Position numbers and translations under genes: made by a program. Positions 12,790-28,600 of a stretch of 64,000 nt of DNA are shown piece by piece. Location of the stretch: positions 196,106,001 to 196,170,000 of the forward strand of contig OX597815.1 in the NCBI GenBank assembly GCA_951406725.2. Reading direction: 5' to 3'. Every line of letters starts with the position of its first letter. The stretch's first letter is position 1. Under the pieces are notes generated by a model that saw nothing but the letters and a program-made list of their open reading frames with translations, made no database searches and had not been told where the DNA came from. This DNA is from Octopus vulgaris. Lineage: Eukaryota.

Positions 12790-13344
12790 GCCCTGATGTA
12801 TTATCAGGCAGTGGCTCTCGTGGCTTCTCATCTTCACTGATTGGAAGTGTTATCATGTACATTGTTTTGGCTTGGTATAAAAGATGGGCTACAGCAAATA
12901 TTCTGCTCAGTACCACAGATTTGCTTGTCAGTTGTTTGACCTTAACCAGTTGAGCATGTCCCTTAGTGGCTGACGATATGTGGATCTCTGATCACGAGCA
13001 AAAGTAGTGGGGGAGCATCATAGCCGTGTGTTGAAAGGAATTCTTAGAGGTTTGGATAATTCACCTTTGGAAACATGGGTGTTTCATTCAAACTCCTTAA
13101 ACAATCCTTATTCAGGGAGCTTTTGAGCGGGATGGGCTACACAGCCTGAAGAAAATTCTAACTGGGCTCCACCCGCAAGGTCATGCGCTGTTAATCTTGA
13201 TATGAGATCACCATGTCGAGTACTTTTGTTTGTGACGCATGTGCCTGGTGTACCCTTAACAGACGGGTAGTCATGATGGGTACACTGGGCTTCGTATATT
13301 TTACCCCAGTGTCACTTTGATGTCATGCACTGCTCTGTCACTCA
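12789..13344 (+). mobile_element. Non-coding 3' fragment of a non-LTR element embedded in (AAT)n (Dong/R4-like by target preference)
   Basis: Complex sequence bounded by (AAT)n on both sides; partial permuted copy at 12597-12693; family name is inference. Confidence 0.45.
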
Positions 13345-13634
13345 ATGATAATAATAATAATGATGATGATGCTAATGATGATGATGATGATTATAATAAT
13401 AATGATAATAAATCAAATGAGATTATATGATTCATGATTGGAATAGCAGGTTTTTCCTAGGTTCCAGTGACATAGCGTTTAATTATATAACGTAATAATA
13501 TGTAGGAGATTATATTAAGATTAATTGTCAATATTTTATGTATCTTTATTATAATAATTACACAACCATTTCAATCCGTCCTGCTTTGGCAGTTGACCAA
13601 GTATATTACAGTTATAAAGCAGCACAATCTAAGC

Positions 13635-13666
<32 letters not shown>

Positions 13667-13689
13667 GTAAATATATTCTTTTCTTTTTC

Positions 13690-13869
13690 TCTTACTTGTT
13701 TCAGTCATTTGACTGCGGCCATCCTGGAGCACCGCCTTTAGTCGAGCAAATCGACCCCGGGACTTATTCTTTGTAAGCCCAGTACTTATTCTATCGGTCT
13801 TTTTTGCCGAACCGCTAAGTGATGGGGACGTAAACACACCAGCATCGGTTGGCAAACACAGACACACAA

Positions 13870-13942
<73 letters not shown>

Positions 13943-14099
13943 CATATATACGACGGGCTTCTTTCAGTTTCCGTCTACCAAATCCACTCACAAGGCATTA
14001 ATCGGCCCGAAGCTATTGCAGAAGACACTTGCCCAAGATGCCACGCAGTGGGACTGAACCTGGAGCAATGTAGTTGGGTATCAAACTTCTTACAACACA
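13690..14099 (-). mobile_element. SINE family A
   Basis: Aligns to 3366-3803. Confidence 0.85.
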
Positions 14100-14263
14100 A
14101 ACACACACATGTACATGTGTGTGTTTGTGTGTAAAGTATGTACCTAACTTCTCACTTTGCTTCATTTACTGAGATGTTTTATAAACAGCAGTTTGGATGC
14201 TGGTCTATTCCCATCCTTACTTGTGTTGTTTTCTAAATTTCTTCCTCGTGATTAATATATATA

Positions 14264-14494
14264 TATTTCTTTACTACCCACAAGGGGCTAAACACAGAGG
14301 GGACAAACAAGGACAGACAAAGGGATTTAGTCGATTACATCGACCCCAGTGCGTAACTGGTACTTAATTTATCGACCCCGAAAGGATGAAAGGCAAAGTC
14401 GACCACGGCGGAATTTGAACTCAGAATGTAACGACAGACGAAATACGGCTACGCATTTCGCCCGGCGTGCTAACGTTTCTGCCAGCTCGCCGCC
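14264..14494 (-). mobile_element. SINE family B monomer
   Basis: Full head; TSD cttcctcgtgattaatatatat on both sides. Confidence 0.9.
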
Positions 14495-15267
14495 TTCCTC
14501 GTGATTAATATATATCTCTTATTAAATTCTCAGTATTGTTCACAACACAATTATTTAGCAAATAAAGAAAACGAAACGAATTTCTAGGAATAATTGCTGT
14601 TCTTATCTAGTGTATAAGCATAGACTTTGTAAAGAGGACAACATTCTGAAAGATATTTCGTACGGAATCTCTGCAAATGTTTGTCTATAGTCTTAATTTT
14701 TTATATATATATATATATATTTAGCTACATAACTTCCACACAGTTCACCGTTCTTAGTATATTTATTCGTGTCAGTGCTTTTCGTTATCTGTTACTCAAA
14801 GGAAGAAAACGCCGCGGCCATGCCGTCTCGCAAGACTTCTAAGTCAAGTCTGAGTAAGATATAGAATATAACAAATAACAAAAACAAAAAAAAATTATAA
14901 AGATACCCACTAGGTTGCCCTAACCGGAATTAGTGTTACATCAAGACATCTAGTTAGGCACTGACAGGAGTCTTGTTCGCAATTCTTGTAACAGAGTGTA
15001 GTCAGATCAAAAGATACATAGCGGCCTGCTGGTGCCGTTAAGCCAGCTGAAAGACGGGCGGGACCACATACTTGTTAAGATAAAAAAAATCTATTTACAC
15101 TCACCAGTCACTATACTAGAAGTACCACGAAAAGTGTACTCTTAATTTAGTCAATTCCGGATCATCTTGGTATTTTATTTTATTTTATTTTATTTTATCT
15201 GGTTTCAGCTCACGAGCTGTGGCCATGCTGGGGCACCGCCAGTATTACCTGAGTTTTATTTACTTAT

Positions 15268-15491
15268 TACTCTTTTACTCTTTAACTTGTTTCAGTCATT
15301 TGACTGCGGCAATGCTGTAGCACCGCCTTTAATCGAGCAACTCGACCCCGGGACTTATTCTTTTTTTGTAAGCCCAGTACTTATTCTATCGGTCTCTTTT
15401 GCCGAACCGCTAAGTAACGGGGACGTAAACACACTAGCATCGGTTGTCAAGCGATGTTGTGGGGGACAAACACAGACACACACACACACGC

Positions 15492-15524
<33 letters not shown>

Positions 15525-15686
15525 TACGACGGGCTTCTTTCAGTTTCCGTCTACCAAATCCACTCACAAGGCTCCGGTCGGCCCGAGGCTATAGTAGACT
15601 CTTGCCCAAGGTGCCACGCAGTGGGACTGAACCCGGAACCATGTGGTTGGTAAACAAGCTACTTACCACACAGCCACTCCTTCGCC
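15268..15686 (-). mobile_element. SINE family A
   Basis: Aligns to 3366-3803; an isolated tail fragment at about 15200-15240. Confidence 0.9.
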
Positions 15687-15909
15687 TATTGAGAAATATT
15701 CTTCTATAAGTAATCTCCAATATTCAATCCAGACGTTCTTAAATAGTTGCCGTAAGTTATTGCTGTGGATAGTATATCGATTCTCTCTTATGACCCATAT
15801 TTATTACTATGTCAGTTAGATTTATGCATTTTCAACTATTTCAACAATGCTAGTAATTATTGATGTTTGGGAAATCTCCGTTAGCACGCTGAGTAAATTG
15901 CTTAACGTT

Positions 15910-16503
15910 ATTCTTTTCTACTCTAGGCACAAGGCCTGAAATGTTGGGGTAGGGGAACCAGTCGATTACATCGACCCCAGTAAGCAACTGGTAATTAATT
16001 TATCGACCCTGAAAGGATGAAAGGCAAAGTTGACCTCGGCGGAATTTGAACACAGAACGTAAAGTCAGACGAAATACCGCTGAGTATTTATTTTGCCCGG
16101 CGTGCTTAGCGGTATTTCGTCCGTCTTTACGTTCTGAGTTCAAATTCTTCTGAGTTCGACTTTGCCTTTCAGCATTTCAGAGAAGATAAAATAAATAGCA
16201 GTTGGACACTGGGGTCAATGTAATCGACTTATCCCCTACCAAAGATTGTTAGCGTTGTTCCAAAATTTGAAACCAATATTTGCGAAATCTTCGTTAGCAC
16301 TCCGGGCAAAATGCTTAGCGGTATTTCGTCTGTCGCTACGTTCTGAGTTCAAATTCCGCTGAGGTCGACTTTGCTTTTCATCCTTTCGGGGTCGATAAAT
16401 AAAGTACCAGTTACGCACTGTAGTCGATGTAATCGACTTAATCCGTCTGTCTGCCCTTGCTTGTCCTGTCTATGTTTAACCCCTTGTGGGCAATAAAGAA
16501 ATA
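15910..16503. mobile_element. Nested cluster of three SINE family B copies (15910-16100 minus, 16105-16280 plus, 16291-16503 plus)
   Basis: Repeated GAGTTCAAATT..GACTTTGCCTTTCA..GGGGTCGAT blocks in both orientations. Confidence 0.8.
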
Positions 16504-18025
16504 TATACCCGCCAAATTGCAAGACACTGAAATTCTGTTTCTATTATTCGTACGCATAAGGAAAAACGAATATGTACATCCTTACTACATATATACATAC
16601 TTAAGCAACTGAGTACTAGATATCGTTGGCAAGTAACGAAGCACAGCACACTGGTCAATTACTAACTGATGACTAATTGGTGGGTAATATTACATACTAT
16701 ACATGATCAGGAAAGACTATAGGAAAATATAAAATTAACGCGAATCACTCTTATAAGCATACACCCATGTGTTATTTATAGATGAAACCAACTACATTAC
16801 ATGCACGCATTTGTATTTATGTCTGCCTTTTTGTCTTTTTCTCTCTCCCTTTCTCTCTGTGTATGTATGTATGTATATATATATATGTATGTATATATGT
16901 TGTGAACTCATTACAGCCCCTCCTTGATAAAACAGACAAAGAAAAATAATATTAATCTCTTTATACTGTTTGGAAACGCTAAACTGAAATGTTATATATT
17001 AGAATATATCTAATCTCAAAGCGAAGCAGTTGGCCTTACATCGCAACTTTATTGTAATTTAGTCAAGAGAATACTGAAGCAATTACTGCCACCATTTAAT
17101 ATCTTAGCTAGCTGCAGCAACATTAACTAAAAAGGAAATGGTACCTAATTCTATCTCGTTAACCTTCAAATTATATTTTTAAATATTTTTTTCATCCTCT
17201 CTTGCTTTTCAGGAAAATACATGTAGATGTATTTTTTAAAACTTGAACCAGATGTTATCAATCTTGATTCTGTTGTATAATACGCATTTTTCATATGACC
17301 TTCTAGAGAAACCTAATCTATTCTCTGTAACCGAAGTTCTATTTGTTTATTTCCTGAAGTCAACTCTGGTCGAGCTTGCTAGTAATATATCTGTTCAGGT
17401 TATGACCATCCCTAGGAATAGATTACCCCGGATTACACTAGTCAATATATCGGATTATTCTGAATATTTAAATGATATTTCAAACAACTATGGCAACCAC
17501 ATAAAAATTTACTTGTCTGGCTTTTCATTTTCCTTTCCATTGAACTGCTCTCGACCCATTAACTTGGCCAAAACCGAAGCATATCCCTGCCGAATTATGT
17601 ATGAAGACCAATTACCATTTTGTATCGGCCGGTTATTCAATTCATTTAGTGTTTAAGACTTGCTTGCAGGGAACTTATACAGAACTGCATGGCAACTCGT
17701 TGAAAGTTCTAACAATTTGGCAATCCGCTATTTGTAACTGGAACTTATTTACCGATCATGAAATAAATAAATAAGAAGAGGAAAAAGAAAAGATGAATCC
17801 ATATTAAAACACAGAAAACTGGAACAGCCACTTTACCAAAGTGCAATACATGTCTATATTTACTAAAGTATCAGTGTAAGGATTAAACTTGAATAGCAAA
17901 TAAAACTCAATGGCTACCGTCGAACTCGAATGTACAGTAAGCAGGAGTATTTATTTTATATATATATATATAGATACAAATATACATACATACATACATA
18001 CATACATACACACGTACATACATAC

Positions 18026-18065
<40 letters not shown>

Positions 18066-18144
18066 ACCCATAAGCGCATATATATATTTATACACACACA
18101 CAAACATACACATGTACATACATATATATTGGTATACGTAGCTT

Positions 18145-18525
18145 TATTTTTTATTTGTTTCAGTTATTTCCCTACGGCCATGCTGGGGCACCATCTTGAA
18201 GAATTTTTAGTCGTGCATGGTACTTATTCTATCGGTTGCTTTTGTCGAGCCGCTATGTTAAGGGGACATAAACACACCAACACTGTCAAGATGTAGTGGT
18301 GGGAGAAACACAGAGACAAAGACAAGCGCGCATACATATATACATACATATACACACATACGAGAGGCTTCTTTCAGTTTTCGTCTACCAAATTCCCCCT
18401 CAAGGCTTTCGTTAGCCCGAAACTAAAGCAGAAGACACATGCCCAAGATACCACGCAGTGGAACTGAACCTGCAGCCATGTGGTTGGGGAGCTAGCTTCT
18501 TACTACACAGCCGTGCTTTTGTCTA
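18145..18525 (-). mobile_element. Diverged SINE family A
   Basis: Same layout, lower identity. Confidence 0.75.
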
Positions 18526-18555
18526 TGTTTGTATTTATTGTTAATTACCTGTGAA

Positions 18556-18876
18556 GGCGCGTGGTTAAGTGGTTAGGGGCATTCGGTTCATGATCGTAAG
18601 ATCTTGAGTTCAATTCCCGGCGGCGCGTTGTGTCCTTGAGCAAGACACTTTATTTTCACGTTGCTCCAGTACCTTCTGCTGGAAAAAATGCGTACTACCT
18701 GTATTTCAAAGGGCCAGCCCTGTCACACTGTGTCACGCTGAATCTCCCCAAGAACTACGTTAAGGGTACTCGTGTCTGTGGAGTGCTCAGCCACTTGCCC
18801 GTTAATTTCACGAGCAGGCTGTACCGTTGATTGTATCAGCTGGGACCCTCGTCGTTGCAACCGACGGAGTGCTTCT
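18556..18876 (+). mobile_element. Chimeric SINE: family D-type head/core + family C tail type 1
   Basis: GTGTCCTTGAGCAAGACACTTTA core as in family D; 3' ~200 bp matches 53447-53630; TSD tgttaattacc. Confidence 0.8.
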
Positions 18877-19584
18877 AAATAATGTTAATTACCAATGACC
18901 TAAGTCAATCCAGCCGTTATTTTTATGTCTATCTCTCAGACTTGTGTGTAGGACTGCATTATCCTATATGCCTTTCTGATTTTTTTTTTAATATGGTGAA
19001 TGTAATATGAGTAGAAGAATAAAGCGTTACTTTTCTGCTGCTTCCCCTAGCATTTTTATTCAACCGAAGATTGGCACTCATAATGCAGACTCTGTAGGAA
19101 ATGTTTTCTGTTGGTAACCATCCCGTCTCTTTACCCAAATCTTTATTACATAGAATGTGTTACGTTTCCAAGAAGCTAGTTTGTAATACGAAATATATGA
19201 GCTTGATATTGCTAACATATCCGATGGCCATGTTAGCTCTTTCGGTTGGCTTGTATATTTGTATTTTATTTCAACATGTGTGTACTAGTAGACTGCACGT
19301 ACACTGATAGTAGGAGATAGACGAACATCTGATATGACCCAAATGGATTGAATTCTATGAAGGAGAGGAAGTCATAAATATCATCTTTACTCTGCCAAAG
19401 CGGCGATGAGCAGAAAGTGCAAACAACATCCATTCTGCTACTTGTAAACAATACGCCAGACTAGAGTAAATTTCGATTACTCTACCATAATAATGCCGGT
19501 GCCAACACATTTTAGAAAGTGACTCCCTTTCTCTCAGTTTTTGAAAAATTTTCTTTAGTTAACAAACCTTTACTTTATTTATAA

Positions 19585-19977
19585 ATAGCAGTATCGCCCG
19601 GCGTTGCTCGAGTTTGTTTCGACCCTTTACAATTGGAATTTTTGAAAAGTAAAAACATTTGCATTATGTAGCTTGTTATTCTCTTTAAGTGAATATTTTT
19701 CTGGTTGAAATACACCGAAAAATGGCGACACAGCAGTCAAAACATCGTAAAAAATAGGGATTTTCATAGAAAAAAAGCACCTTTTTGATGTAAAGAATTT
19801 TTGGTGTTAACATGGTCCGATTTGAATTTTTTCTTTTACGGAATGAAGAGCAAGCCTTCTTCTATCATACTCTCAATTTTGGCCAACTTGCGCTGCAGGG
19901 TCTCGAAGGAGATAGTGTTAGTTGAAGGCTACCAAACCTGCCATACACAGACAACTTCAGCTTCATATATGTAGAGA
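19585..19977 (-). mobile_element. Non-autonomous Helitron copy 2
   Basis: Aligns end to end with 7684-8061. Confidence 0.8.
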
Positions 19978-20060
19978 TTTTACTGGCTTAACTCATTGTA
20001 CTAACGTCACGCTGATGTACCGTGTTCAAGAGATTTCTTTGATCATATCAACACCAGGAG

Positions 20061-20216
20061 CAGGGGTGGATCCAGTGGGGCTGAAGGGCACATGCCCCTC
20101 TCAAGAAAAAGAAGTACTCCCTTCTAAATAATGTTATTACGCCTCTTTCTCTCGTTATTGTATTTCCTTCAGATCTTGTGCCCTCCCTTCGAAAAATTCC
20201 TGGGACATGCGCCCGA
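20061..20216. mobile_element. Possible decayed Harbinger-like MITE
   Basis: Left end CAGGGGTGGATCCAG, imperfect right end CTGGGACATGCGCCCG. Confidence 0.25.
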
Positions 20217-20799
20217 GTACGCTCCCACACCAACTCTGGAATGTCTCTCTCTCGTAATATCTTTCTCCCAAGCTTTCACTTGTAAAATCTTAGATTGTAC
20301 ATTAACGATCGGTCTTGGAAGGCTTTCACAGCTGATGACAACTACCCCTTCATGCTGAATAAGCAAAGTAAATGAAGTTCAGTTACATAAAATTCAATTG
20401 TTTTCTTTGCAAGCTGTTCACTAAATACGACACAGTTCATAAATAATTTTATTTGTTCACACTTTCACTCATTCACATATTTCCGTGGTGTATAAGTGGC
20501 CGTGAACACATCATCAATGCTGAAAGGGCCGCCAGTCCGTCAAAGGAGTATTCTTTTACAGTTGAGTGGACTGGAGCAACGTGAAACGATGTGTTTTGTC
20601 TAAGATCGCAACACTCATACCGGTCCTAGAATTGACCGCATAATCTTGCGGTTGCTTATTTAGGCCTCACGCATTCGCATCACACACACAGACGATTCGC
20701 ATTCTAGGCGAATCTCTATTTGGTGGCTTTACCTTCTAGAGATAGTGGTAAAATCTCTCTCAAATTTCCAAGGAATGACACATTACATAACGTGGATAG

Positions 20800-21018
20800 T
20801 CTGTGTGTGTGTGTGTATATGTTTGTGTCCCTCAATATCACTTGACAACCGATGCTGGTCTGTTTACGTCATCGTAACTTAGCGGTCCGGCAAAAAACCC
20901 CGATAGAATAAGTACTAGGCTTACGAAGAATAAGTCCTGGGGTCGATTTGCTCGACTAAAGGCGGTGCTCCAGCATGGCCGCAGTCAAATAACTGAAAGA
21001 ATTGAAAGATAAAGAATA
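20800..21018 (+). mobile_element. SINE family A 3' half
   Basis: Starts in (TG)n, runs to the tail. Confidence 0.8.
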
Positions 21019-21405
21019 TATTTTACAAGAATGATTCTATGAAATGAGTGGATAATATTTGCCATAAGTTTGTCCGGGAATACGACTGGTCCGGTCTGAT
21101 GAAAGTATGAACACGAAGCAAGAATGATCCTTTGTCGGCTGTTTATCTACTCCTCATTTCGAGCAGTGAACGGGTCTCTTTTAGTTTCTATTTACCAAAT
21201 CTACTCTGGTCGGTCTCAGGTTATAGTACAAGATACCACGCAGTGGGGCTGAATCCGGAACCATGTGGTTGTAAAACACACTTATTAGCACACACCCACT
21301 CATGTGCCTAGGTATGAAATGTTATATCAAAATTTATTTAAAGCAGAAAATATTGCATGAAAAATTAGATATAAATAAAATGTGAATTAAAGCAAATTTG
21401 GCAAA

Positions 21406-21460
<55 letters not shown>

Positions 21461-21463
<3 letters not shown>

Positions 21464-21497
21464 CCGGAAGACCTCCACGACGGTGGAGTGACGATTT

Positions 21498-21545
<48 letters not shown>

Positions 21546-21587
21546 ATATCCACCCGGAAGACCTCCACGACGGTGGAGTGACGATTT

Positions 21588-21590
<3 letters not shown>
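21461..21590. repeat. Two identical 40-bp units separated by (TA)n
   Basis: cacccggaagacctccacgacggtggagtgacgatttcaa at 21461-21500 and 21551-21590. Confidence 0.9.
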
Positions 21591-21636
<46 letters not shown>

Positions 21637-23507
21637 ACATAAATGATAGAAAGGTCTTCTGTATCACCAAGAATATTAGTAATGCATCTGATGTGTGTGT
21701 GAGCTTGTGAATATGTGTGTTTGTGCGTGTGTGTGTTTAATAGCATATAATCGTTTTCCTTTTTTTTTTTGTAGTTTTGACATATATAAATAAATATGTA
21801 AACAGAAAAAAATTATGACGAAATATATCGTGGGAACAATCTTTGCTCAGCGAACTTAGCTTATTTTAATGCAATGATATATCCGTTTCAATAAGATTTA
21901 ATAATATGTGTATGTTAGGCGCAAACCAGTTTCTTGTATATTTATTTTACAAAGGTATGGTTGAGAGGAGACCATTTTACAGCGTGTATAAATGTGGGGA
22001 CAGGGAGGATGACAAGCTGTGATTTAGAATCTAGAAAAATACTCTTAGTGTCTCTAAGAGGGTAATATTGATAATAAACCAACTAATGTGTGTGATTTAA
22101 TAATTTTCTTCGAGTCGAGAGCACATAGAAGAAAAAAGCTAATTCCTGTGAGAGTTTGCCGCTATTAGATTGCATCAATATAGGTCATATTATTTTAGTT
22201 CTAATAATAATAATAATAATAATGATAATAATAATAATAACGATTAAGCGATTCTCGCTGAAAATGATTATAAACATCAATAGATATAGGAATCTTATTA
22301 TAGTACAGACATTCCTGGTATATATTGTGTATAACATGATATATATTTTATAGTCGCTAGTTATTCGTACTGCCTCAAATCAGGAATGTAACAGTAGCAA
22401 TGTGTTATTTGTATAGTTTTTAAATATATTTCAAGCACATATTTGCGATTTATTCATTAAATTCTATTCTTAACATCTCAGGATATGAAATCAAGTTTAT
22501 TTCCGCTTTACTTATCCTAAAATAAATATTCCTTATTTTGTACAGATTATAATTTGTTTAGATAGTCCATTTCAATATCTTTTCTCTGAACATCTTTTTC
22601 TTATTAAGAGAATGAATTCTTCACGTTTGTATACTTCTTTTCGTCTTTCATTCATATTCTTTCTTTTTTTTTTCCTGTTTTTCTTTTTCCCTGTTTTGTT
22701 TCGTTTTGGCATTTATCAATGATCTCTTAACAAGGATTTTTAATATCATATCAATTACTCACTGACATGTGTTCCGTCCCACTAATTCTTATCTATTAAA
22801 TCTGTAAGCGATACGTTCGTATGCGTTTACATCCTTCTTCGCTAAAGCTCATGACATCCACCGTCTGATAGTCTATGTATTTTGGTATCTTCATATCATC
22901 CACACGAAAGATCCTAGAATGTAGGCACGCAAATCAATCTCACGTTTATAATACAGAGCTAATTTTCACTTAAGCTCACCCTACTTATATTTCAACACAA
23001 TTTAATATCTTGCTTCGTGCCAATTAAGGTATTCTCTGAAGAGTTGTTAAGCTCGTTAAACGGAATATCGCAGCTTAATTTTCCTTAAATCTTTGCCGTC
23101 TTGAAAGAAAAGTTACATAATATATATTGATAAAATATACCCACCAACGAAGTATTCGACTGTAGGCCTTCTTGATTGAAGCTAACCTGAACCATAGCAA
23201 CATAAATAACAACAACAGTGACTTTTACCCCACCACCCCAAATTTAATTCCTTTATGAGAGTACTGAACATGCGGAAAGAGATTAATGCCAGTCGCTACA
23301 AAACAAATAGTTGAAAAAATTGTTTTGAGAGAATGGAAACAATTATAGATTAGGTGAGGACATGATTGCTTAGTTAAGGAACTTACGAAATAGGAGAAGA
23401 GGGGATTGAGGGCTGGTAATACTTTGTTAAGCGGTGTAATACAATGAGCAAAGAAACGGTCGGCATGCTAAATACTGTTCGTAACTTTTGTTCTTGCTAT
23501 TTTAGCC

Positions 23508-23808
23508 ATTTTTTGTGCGCCCTTTTGAAGCCTAGCCAGGCTCATGGGTCCAGTTTCCCGGTTTCTGTTGCGTATGTGTTCCCCCCAGTTGGACGGGACG
23601 CCAGTCCATCGCAGCGTTGTCCAAGAAACAGGAGGAAAGTGTGAGAGAAAGTTGGGACGAAAGAATACATAGAAGTCGCCACTACCCCCTGCCGGATCCT
23701 CGTGGAACTTTAGGTGCTTTCGCTGAATAAACACACACGGTCTGAGAATCGAAACCGCGATCCTCCGACCGCGAGTCCGCTGCTCTAACCACTGGCCCAT
23801 TGCGCCTC
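23508..23808 (-). mobile_element. SINE family C head with tail type 3
   Basis: Same head as 9318 and 53828, different 3' region. Confidence 0.75.
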
Positions 23809-24378
23809 ACACTATTGTAGCCCTGGCTGACTTTATACGAGCAGACCTATGATCAGTGGCGTTTCTTCTGTGACCATACTACCATTTCATATGTAACATC
23901 ATACATGGCCGCGGTATCAATTTGTTTAAGTGTGTAGAGAGTATGATTTGAGATAAATATGGCAGCTATTTCTGGCTACCTGCTTGTCCACGTAGAAGGA
24001 ACTTCATTCACTCCTTGTGTGCATTTGTATATGTGTAATGCAACTGCCTAATGAGAAAAAATATTTGTCTATGTATATATGATGTGTGCATGTACACGAG
24101 GGAATGTATGGTAACCGCACTTTTTGAGATGTATTAGCGGCTCTATTCTAATGTAAAGAGCACTGGTATCATGTTGAAATTTAGAATTTTTAGGTGCTGA
24201 GTTGCTTTCCAGCTCTGAAGGGAATTTAGTATTTTTAGGAAGTAGTTTTAAACACCTTTTGCATTTGATATCCCAAGGAAGTATTCTTTGAAATTTTGAG
24301 ATGAAACGCCTGAGAATACTGTTAAAAAGTTTTCGTCGAGCGTCATTCATGATTTTGATACGGCATTGCTGAGCTACT

Positions 24379-24710
24379 GAGAGTCCCTTCGGTCATGACT
24401 AACCATGGGATTGCACCTTGAAAGTTACCCTCTCAGGCACATGTCCGGTCAAGGTTGTCTATGGAAGACCAGCAGTCACCCATGCATACCGACCTCTCCC
24501 CTCCACGCCACCAGTGTTATCTAAGGGAAAGGCAAATGCTGATACAGCTTGGCACCAGTGACGTTGCAACTCACTTCTACAACTGAGTGAACTGGAGCAA
24601 CGTGAAATATAGTGTCTTGCTCAAGAGCACAACGCACAGCCCGGTCCGGGATTCGAACTCACAACCTCACGATCGTAAGCTCGATGCTCTAACCACTGAG
24701 CAATGCGCCT
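24379..24710 (-). mobile_element. SINE family D
   Basis: Aligns to 4411-4720. Confidence 0.85.
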
Positions 24711-24743
24711 ACACTTTATATAGGTGTATATATATATATTTTA

Positions 24744-24794
<51 letters not shown>

Positions 24795-25614
24795 GCGTGT
24801 GTGTGTGGTTAAGGTGGTATATTTAACGAAAATGTCACCTTCGTAAGGTAACACTAAATGTGTTTATATCATGCTGTAATTGTTACAACTTCGTAAATTA
24901 ACCACACATTGGATGAATATTTTCTGTGGTATTAAATCGGTGTGAACAATATTTCCACAACTGCAACAAAAACAAAGTCAGAAGAAAATATCGCCATATG
25001 TTTTACGATATTATTTATGTAATGAGAATCACTTTCGATTTCTCATAATCGTAAAATCTGAAGAGGAAAATTTGCAGCAATTTCATTAACCAGAGCAAAA
25101 ACTTAGCATTTATTGAAAAGTTGGTGTTCGTTTTAAAGTAGTTGTGACCTTGGGAAGTTGTCTTCAAGAAAAAGCAGTATCTAGTATGTATAAGTTTATA
25201 TAGCGTGGAAAAACAAGCTCACTAACATTTGAGGCGTATGGTCAGTCTTTTAGGCGTATGGTCAGTCCCACAATATTAGTATATTCTTCCCACTAAGATA
25301 CTCTACAGTCTCAAAAGTTTGATAATATAACCTATGCCTGGGGCTGACCATCAACCAAAACCTCGGTCATTTTTACACTACCTAGGAATGAACTGGCCTT
25401 GTTTTACAGAGAAGTGAAACCGAGAATAATAGTGATGTCTATCAATCTGTTACTAGTACCACATTTATTAGTGAAAGACTTTTGTTAGCCTAATTGGAAT
25501 TAGTTATGAAAACGAATACATTCGATATGAGTTGAAGGACTGAGTAAAATTTAGTAGTGAGAAAAGGAAAATGAAGGGATAGAAAGAGTCAGTAAGTTTA
25601 TTAGATACACTGAA

Positions 25615-25655
<41 letters not shown>

Positions 25656-25657
<2 letters not shown>

Positions 25658-25845
25658 TGTAGGAGTGGCTGTGTGGTAAGTAGCTTGCTTACGAACAACA
25701 TGGTTCCGGATTCAGTCCCACTGCGTGGCACCTTGGGCAAGTGTCTTCTACTATAGCCTCGGACTGACCAGAGCTTTGTGAGTGGATTTGGTAGATAGAA
25801 ACTGAAAGAAGCCCGTCGTATATATTTATATATATACATGTGTGC

Positions 25846-25877
<32 letters not shown>

Positions 25878-26070
25878 ATCTGTGTGTATATGTTTGTGTG
25901 TCTGTGTTTGTCCCTCCAACATCGCTTGACAACCGATGCTGGTGTGTTTAGCGGTTCGGCAAAAGAGACCGATAGAATAAATACTAGGCTGATAAAGAAT
26001 AAGTCCTGGGATCGATTTGCTCGACTAAAGGCGGTGCTCCAGCATGGCCACAGTCAAATAACAGAAACAA
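25656..26070 (+). mobile_element. SINE family A
   Basis: Head to tail on plus strand. Confidence 0.9.
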
Positions 26071-26453
26071 TTTAAATATTTTCACTTTCAAATTTAGTGC
26101 ATGGTCATATATATAGGACGAATGATAGTCTATTTAATAAAGCACCATTCTTTTATATTTTTATTATTTTTCTTGTTGTCGACAGCAGGTATGAACGACA
26201 AAATGAACTTCTTATTAACGTAGCCTAAGAAACGAAAAGAATGTAACCAAATAGCCAATGTTCTTTTTTCTTTTCCCTTTTTTTTACTTCATTATTTCGA
26301 TATTCCACATATATATTGGATGTTGCTTTGTAAGTCGAAAGATTAAGATCAGGTTTGTACATGCACAGTGATGCTACGAACAGACAGAAACGAAATAACT
26401 CATAATCATTCCTCGATTTTGTTGCATGACTGAAATCTAGACAATAGAAACTC

Positions 26454-28600
<2,147 letters not shown>

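Noticed and set aside
15167-15709. Recurrent peptides such as RRHLPKVPRSGTEPGTMWL and RPRKDERQSRPRRN
   Set aside because: Conceptual translations of SINE families A and B
17243-17656. 137-aa non-repetitive ORF
   Set aside because: Non-ATG start, no recognisable domain, AT-rich random-like composition
21461-21590. CRISPR-like repeat-spacer pattern
   Set aside because: Only two units, spacer is (TA)n, eukaryotic context, no cas genes
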